A DNA stretch of 64,000 nucleotides from Candidatus Sericytochromatia bacterium (lineage in GTDB: Bacteria; Cyanobacteriota; Sericytochromatia; UBA7694), in assembly GCA_037968875.1 (NCBI GenBank), contig JBBKWI010000024.1:4328-68327 (forward strand), given 5' to 3'. Position 1 is the first letter of the stretch. Each line of letters begins with the position of its first letter. The translations under genes and the position numbers were made by a program. Shown piece after piece: positions 60,442 to 64,000 of the stretch. The notes below the pieces were generated by a model. That model was not told the DNA's origin. It worked only from the letters and a program-made list of their open reading frames with translations, and made no database searches.

Positions 60442-61461
60442 TTATTCTTCCGAAGGAATCAGATAGTCTAATTCCTGTTTGGCTTCCAACTTTTGTGTTT
60501 GGGTGCCACCTAGTTTGCTGGCTGTTAAATCGCAAGTGATTTCTAGTCTTTTGTCAGAGTCAAAGCTACTGAGCAGCATCTTGTCAAACACAAGCGCCTC
60601 TGTAGATAGACGCAAAACATTTTCCCTAATTGCGCTCAGCCCCACAGTTGTAGTCAATGTATTACTAGAATGAGCAAGCTTACATTTAACACTCAACCAT
60701 TCCCATGGCCAGAAATCAAAGGACTGTCCTAACAAATCAGAGATTTCAAGGCCAATGCTCAATGTGAGATAACGTTTCGTATCTTTGGTTTCAATCGAAC
60801 TGGAAAGCAGCTTAAAATTTACCTTCTGGATTTGATCTTCCTGGGGAAGTGTTGGGCTGGATGAAGGCGACGGTATTGTGGGTTGAGTCCCCGCAGGATT
60901 TAAGAATATCGGTACTTGAACAGTAGGAATCGGGGTTTTAATAGGGACCGGGGTCGCACTTATGACTGGCTTGGGGGTGCTTTTTACTACTGGCATGGGA
61001 GTATCGACAGCAACAGGAATACTCTCCTGTCCTACCATGGTTAATTGCTGATTGCTATCAAGCACGAGTTCTTTAGATTCAAACTTAAGGACTTCGCTCA
61101 AAACCTCAATTTGTATCAGACCGGGTTTCAAACCTGAAAATAAGACATGCCCCTGAGCATCTGTGCGTTTGCTTATTTCTGTTTTTTCAATATCAGTCAA
61201 TTTAACTTGTGTCTGACCAACGGGCGCTTGCTTCCCTGATGTCACCAGCTTGAGATCTAAGCTCAGGTTGATAGAAGTAAAATCAGGAGAAGGGCTTGGC
61301 TTGAGCTTAGGCTCAATCTGAGATGCCATTGGTGAGGCCTCTAAAGTGGTTTCTGGACTTGGATTTATACTGGGGGCCAGATCCGGTGCTTGAATTTTAA
61401 TCTCTGTGCTACAAGCGACTAATAAAACCAGAATCAAGAATTTTTTTAGATGGTGGCGCAT
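60442..61461 (-). CDS. Lipoprotein with a Pro/Thr-rich linker, hypothetical
   Basis: Lipobox LLVACST. PTPVP-rich middle region. Confidence 0.4.
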   Translation of the reverse strand: MRHHLKKFLILVLLVACSTEIKIQAPDLAPSINPSPETTLEASPMASQIEPKLKPSPSPDFTSINLSLDLKLVTSGKQAPVGQTQVKLTDIEKTEISKRTDAQGHVLFSGLKPGLIQIEVLSEVLKFESKELVLDSNQQLTMVGQESIPVAVDTPMPVVKSTPKPVISATPVPIKTPIPTVQVPIFLNPAGTQPTIPSPSSSPTLPQEDQIQKVNFKLLSSSIETKDTKRYLTLSIGLEISDLLGQSFDFWPWEWLSVKCKLAHSSNTLTTTVGLSAIRENVLRLSTEALVFDKMLLSSFDSDKRLEITCDLTASKLGGTQTQKLEAKQELDYLIPSEE

Positions 61462-61740
61462 TTTGGCTTCCCCTATTTTCGAGCTTTATTTACGTTTTTG
61501 ATTGCTTGTCTGCATTATTCCATTGCCACTTCCGCATTGCGGTTCACCCCTTGGATCAGATCTACAATGACATCGCTCTCACCACCCGCAAAGAGCCCCA
61601 CTCACCGAACCTAATAAAATAGGCCCTGAGACAGATCATCATGTTTCCGCTATTTCGGGGGAAGGTCAATATGATACTTACGTTCATCACCAGAAAGGGT
61701 AATCGGGTATGCGATGAGTTCACTGACCTGCTTGCGCTTA

Positions 61741-62016
61741 TTATTTAGCACAGCACCTTTCTTTGAAGAGGAAAATGGCTTTGTAAAAACCATGAGATAA
61801 GGCAAAGACCAGCGTTGGCTGCTTCAGCGTCATCAGAAATGAATACCGGCCTGTCAGTTCAAGACCAAAGATGGGAGTGGAACCACCGGCCAATTTTTCA
61901 ACCCAGATTTTCAATTCTAGAAAGCCTGTGGCGTCATGGTTAAAGGTAAGGCTAGCCTTACCATCTACCGTACTGGCAACGTGAAATAATTTGCTGACAT
62001 CAAGCCAGATAAACAT
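61741..62016 (-). mobile_element. IS110-family transposase N-terminal remnant (truncated pseudogene)
   Basis: MFIWLDVSKLFHVA…FNHDATGFLELKIWVEKL…GLELTGRYS matches the DEDD_Tnp_IS110 N-terminus. Only 91 aa, with no C-terminal domain in any frame downstream. Confidence 0.6.
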
Positions 62017-62093
62017 ATTTTTAAAAGTTTAACCCCAAATAAGTGATATAATAAGAGCATATATCTTCTTATCTTCTGAAATCTATCTGTTGC

Positions 62094-64000
62094 TTAGCTA
62101 AAATATTGAGTCCAAAATGCGTTCGTAAGCAAGTGATGGCGGGAAATTACCCGCAAAGTGCTGCCCGTTTGTTTTTCATTCAAGCGATAGTTTTCGGCCT
62201 CGATTTTGAGCTCAGTTTCGAGGGTATTGGTCAGCAATTGATACATCATCTGAGTGCAGGACTGGGCTGAGCGTACCACCAGAATACCGTTGAGCACGCC
62301 AGAGCTTAAGATCACCTGCAGGGCCAGGGGGTGGATCTCTTTGAAGGTATAGGCCCGGCGCTCAAAGAAGACAGCCACTTTGACCAGGATATCGATCAGG
62401 GTATGACATAAGCTAGCTACGGGCTCCGGGCGAGGAGCCCCTGCCGGACGCAAAGTCAGTTCATCGAGATAGCTATTGAGCTGGTGACGTAACTCAGGTT
62501 CAAGCTCTTTGAGTTCGCCATAGAGATCAAAGTCGGCCCAGTGCAAATCTATCACTTCGGTCAAGTCGGTTGGGCTGAGCCGCTGTAAACGGGTCGTAAT
62601 TAATTTTGCGACCAGCGCCTGCTTATCGAGATCGTCATCCAGCTCGACCTCTAAGCGCAGCAATTGTTTGCGCAATTGACTGTCCGTGAGTAAATTGATC
62701 GCTTCAGAATCCAGTTTGCCTGCAGGATAATGCAAACGCGGCACATAGACGATCACCGCTTTGCCCTGCCCCAAAGCCACCGAGGCCTCAGAATCCTTAC
62801 CAAAAGTATCACCTTTTTGAGCCATATAGATCGTCAGCTGCGAGCGCTTCAACATCAGGGCTTCAACCAGACCTTTGGCGACGCGATCAGAGATCCAGGA
62901 TAGCGTGGGATTGAAATAGCGCAAATGCAGAGGAGCAATCGTGGGTTCAGAGAAAATCGTCTCAACAAAGGTATTGACGGAGATAAAATCGGCCCGCTCG
63001 CGCATTGAAGTGGCAATATAGACATCTAAGTAGGGCTCCGTCAGATAAGCACTCAGATTTTGCAGGCCGCGCTCCTGAGTGGCTTCGATCCGGGCTAAAT
63101 CATCGTCTTCGGGGGCCAGGCGCAAGGCCTCACGCCGGATCAGATCGGGGTCGACTTTGCTAAAGAGAGTTTCTTCGATTTCCAGCTCTGAGTCAAATTT
63201 ACGCAGCAGCGTCTGGATCCGGTGCAGCTTCTTGGTAGAATAAGCCAAAATACTGCCCGAATCATCCTGTTCGACCCAACGCGCCAGATCTTGTAATTTA
63301 CTCGAGAGCTCGTGGCGTTCGCGGTTCTGGCGACGCACGCGATCAGCGGAAATATAGCCCAGATCGTCGAGACGCTCACGGGCAATGCTGCGAATACGGT
63401 CAAAGGGGCGACGCTGGGTATAGACTTCAGGGGCAACCGGCAGCAAAGGCGCCAGCTCAACGGCCAGATTGTCACTGATAGAGAGGGTTTTAAAGGCTTT
63501 GCGAAAAGAGCCATAAATTCGGATTGCTGTTTCCTGAAAATGGCGCACACTGTGGCCAAAATGCTGCACAGAAGAAAAATTGCTCTGCCCCAGAAAACGG
63601 CGGTAAAAAGCCTGGCTGACCGGACGCTCGCCGTAAAAAGTCAGGATCGCATTAAAATGATCATGGGCCTGGACCAGCGTCATGACACTGTCTTCCTGGG
63701 TATAGGCCTTGACGGCCTCAATCAGCATAACCTGCGAAACCGGGTCCAGGGCAGCCAGACTGAGGGCTTTGCCCAGTAGCTCTGCCAAATGCCCCTGAAA
63801 AGCAATCATCTGAGGGTAAGCCGGATGCGTCAAAACAGGCCAGAGGGGCTGATCGTGAATCGCTAACACATCAGCAATCTGGTCTAAATCATTAACGGTA
63901 GGCAAGCGTCGCCCTTGTTCGAGTAGCGAAATCAGGCTGCGGTCACGCCCGATCTCTTTGCCGAGCTTGCTCTGACTGTAGCTTTTGGCCTGGCGATACC
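62094..64000 (-). CDS. Large protein with an N-terminal XRE-type HTH fused to a >600-aa domain of unknown function. 5' end lies beyond the window.
   Basis: The frame stays open upstream of the annotated Met to the window edge: …YRQAKSYSQSKLGKEIGRDRSLISLLEQGRRLPTVNDL… (HTH_3 helices). Confidence 0.55.
   Translation of the reverse strand, partial: YRQAKSYSQSKLGKEIGRDRSLISLLEQGRRLPTVNDLDQIADVLAIHDQPLWPVLTHPAYPQMIAFQGHLAELLGKALSLAALDPVSQVMLIEAVKAYTQEDSVMTLVQAHDHFNAILTFYGERPVSQAFYRRFLGQSNFSSVQHFGHSVRHFQETAIRIYGSFRKAFKTLSISDNLAVELAPLLPVAPEVYTQRRPFDRIRSIARERLDDLGYISADRVRRQNRERHELSSKLQDLARWVEQDDSGSILAYSTKKLHRIQTLLRKFDSELEIEETLFSKVDPDLIRREALRLAPEDDDLARIEATQERGLQNLSAYLTEPYLDVYIATSMRERADFISVNTFVETIFSEPTIAPLHLRYFNPTLSWISDRVAKGLVEALMLKRSQLTIYMAQKGDTFGKDSEASVALGQGKAVIVYVPRLHYPAGKLDSEAINLLTDSQLRKQLLRLEVELDDDLDKQALVAKLITTRLQRLSPTDLTEVIDLHWADFDLYGELKELEPELRHQLNSYLDELTLRPAGAPRPEPVASLCHTLIDILVKVAVFFERRAYTFKEIHPLALQVILSSGVLNGILVVRSAQSCTQMMYQLLTNTLETELKIEAENYRLNEKQTGSTLRVISRHHLLTNAFWTQYFS

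Noticed and set aside
1-64000. tRNA/rRNA genes and prophage structural genes
   Set aside because: No cloverleaf-compatible intergenic segments or rRNA signatures were recognised by eye. No capsid, terminase or integrase ORFs are present apart from the IS110 fragment.

Overview
This 64-kb window looks like chromosomal DNA from a bacterium in a cyanobacteria-like lineage. The cues are an SLH-domain outer-membrane porin, a giant STAND-NTPase/GAF/histidine-kinase protein, a CASTOR/POLLUX-type RCK channel, an IF-2 with a long repetitive N-terminus, and the 'SHDLQEPLRKI' H-box in two kinases. No photosynthesis genes are present, so a non-photosynthetic Melainabacteria-like organism is possible; this is a low-confidence inference. 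Core housekeeping genes are clear: the rplI-dnaB pair, ilvE, the nusA-ylxR-infB operon, thiL, pepA, an acyl-CoA dehydrogenase, and many two-component and Crp-type regulators. Accessory-looking parts are listed next. (1) 32.3-39.9 kb: a tightly coupled four-gene minus-strand operon. It encodes a repeat lipoprotein, a 691-aa beta-propeller protein, a cNMP-binding/propeller protein, and a 957-aa IPT + Pmp-repeat beta-helix lipoprotein. It sits next to an XRE-XRE-response-regulator operon and the giant NTPase-kinase. (2) 57.8-64 kb: an AT-richer island. It holds a wHTH gene preceded by a perfect 18-bp palindrome, an AbiEi/AbiEii-like pair, a Pro-rich lipoprotein, an IS110 transposase remnant, and a large gene with an N-terminal XRE-HTH that runs off the window. 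(3) 52.5-53.1 kb: a divergent intergenic region with 40-bp direct repeats, inverted hairpins, and 3.5 tandem copies of a 55-bp unit. It lies beside a GIY-YIG nuclease gene. The arrangement is not CRISPR-like because the repeats are contiguous with no spacers. Two further observations: a hairpin core GTATCAAGTAC recurs in at least six intergenic sites, and three secreted proteins share an undescribed C-terminal tail of an acidic DDxDDAD box, a TM helix and YRK. No rRNA, tRNA or CRISPR array was recognised by eye.
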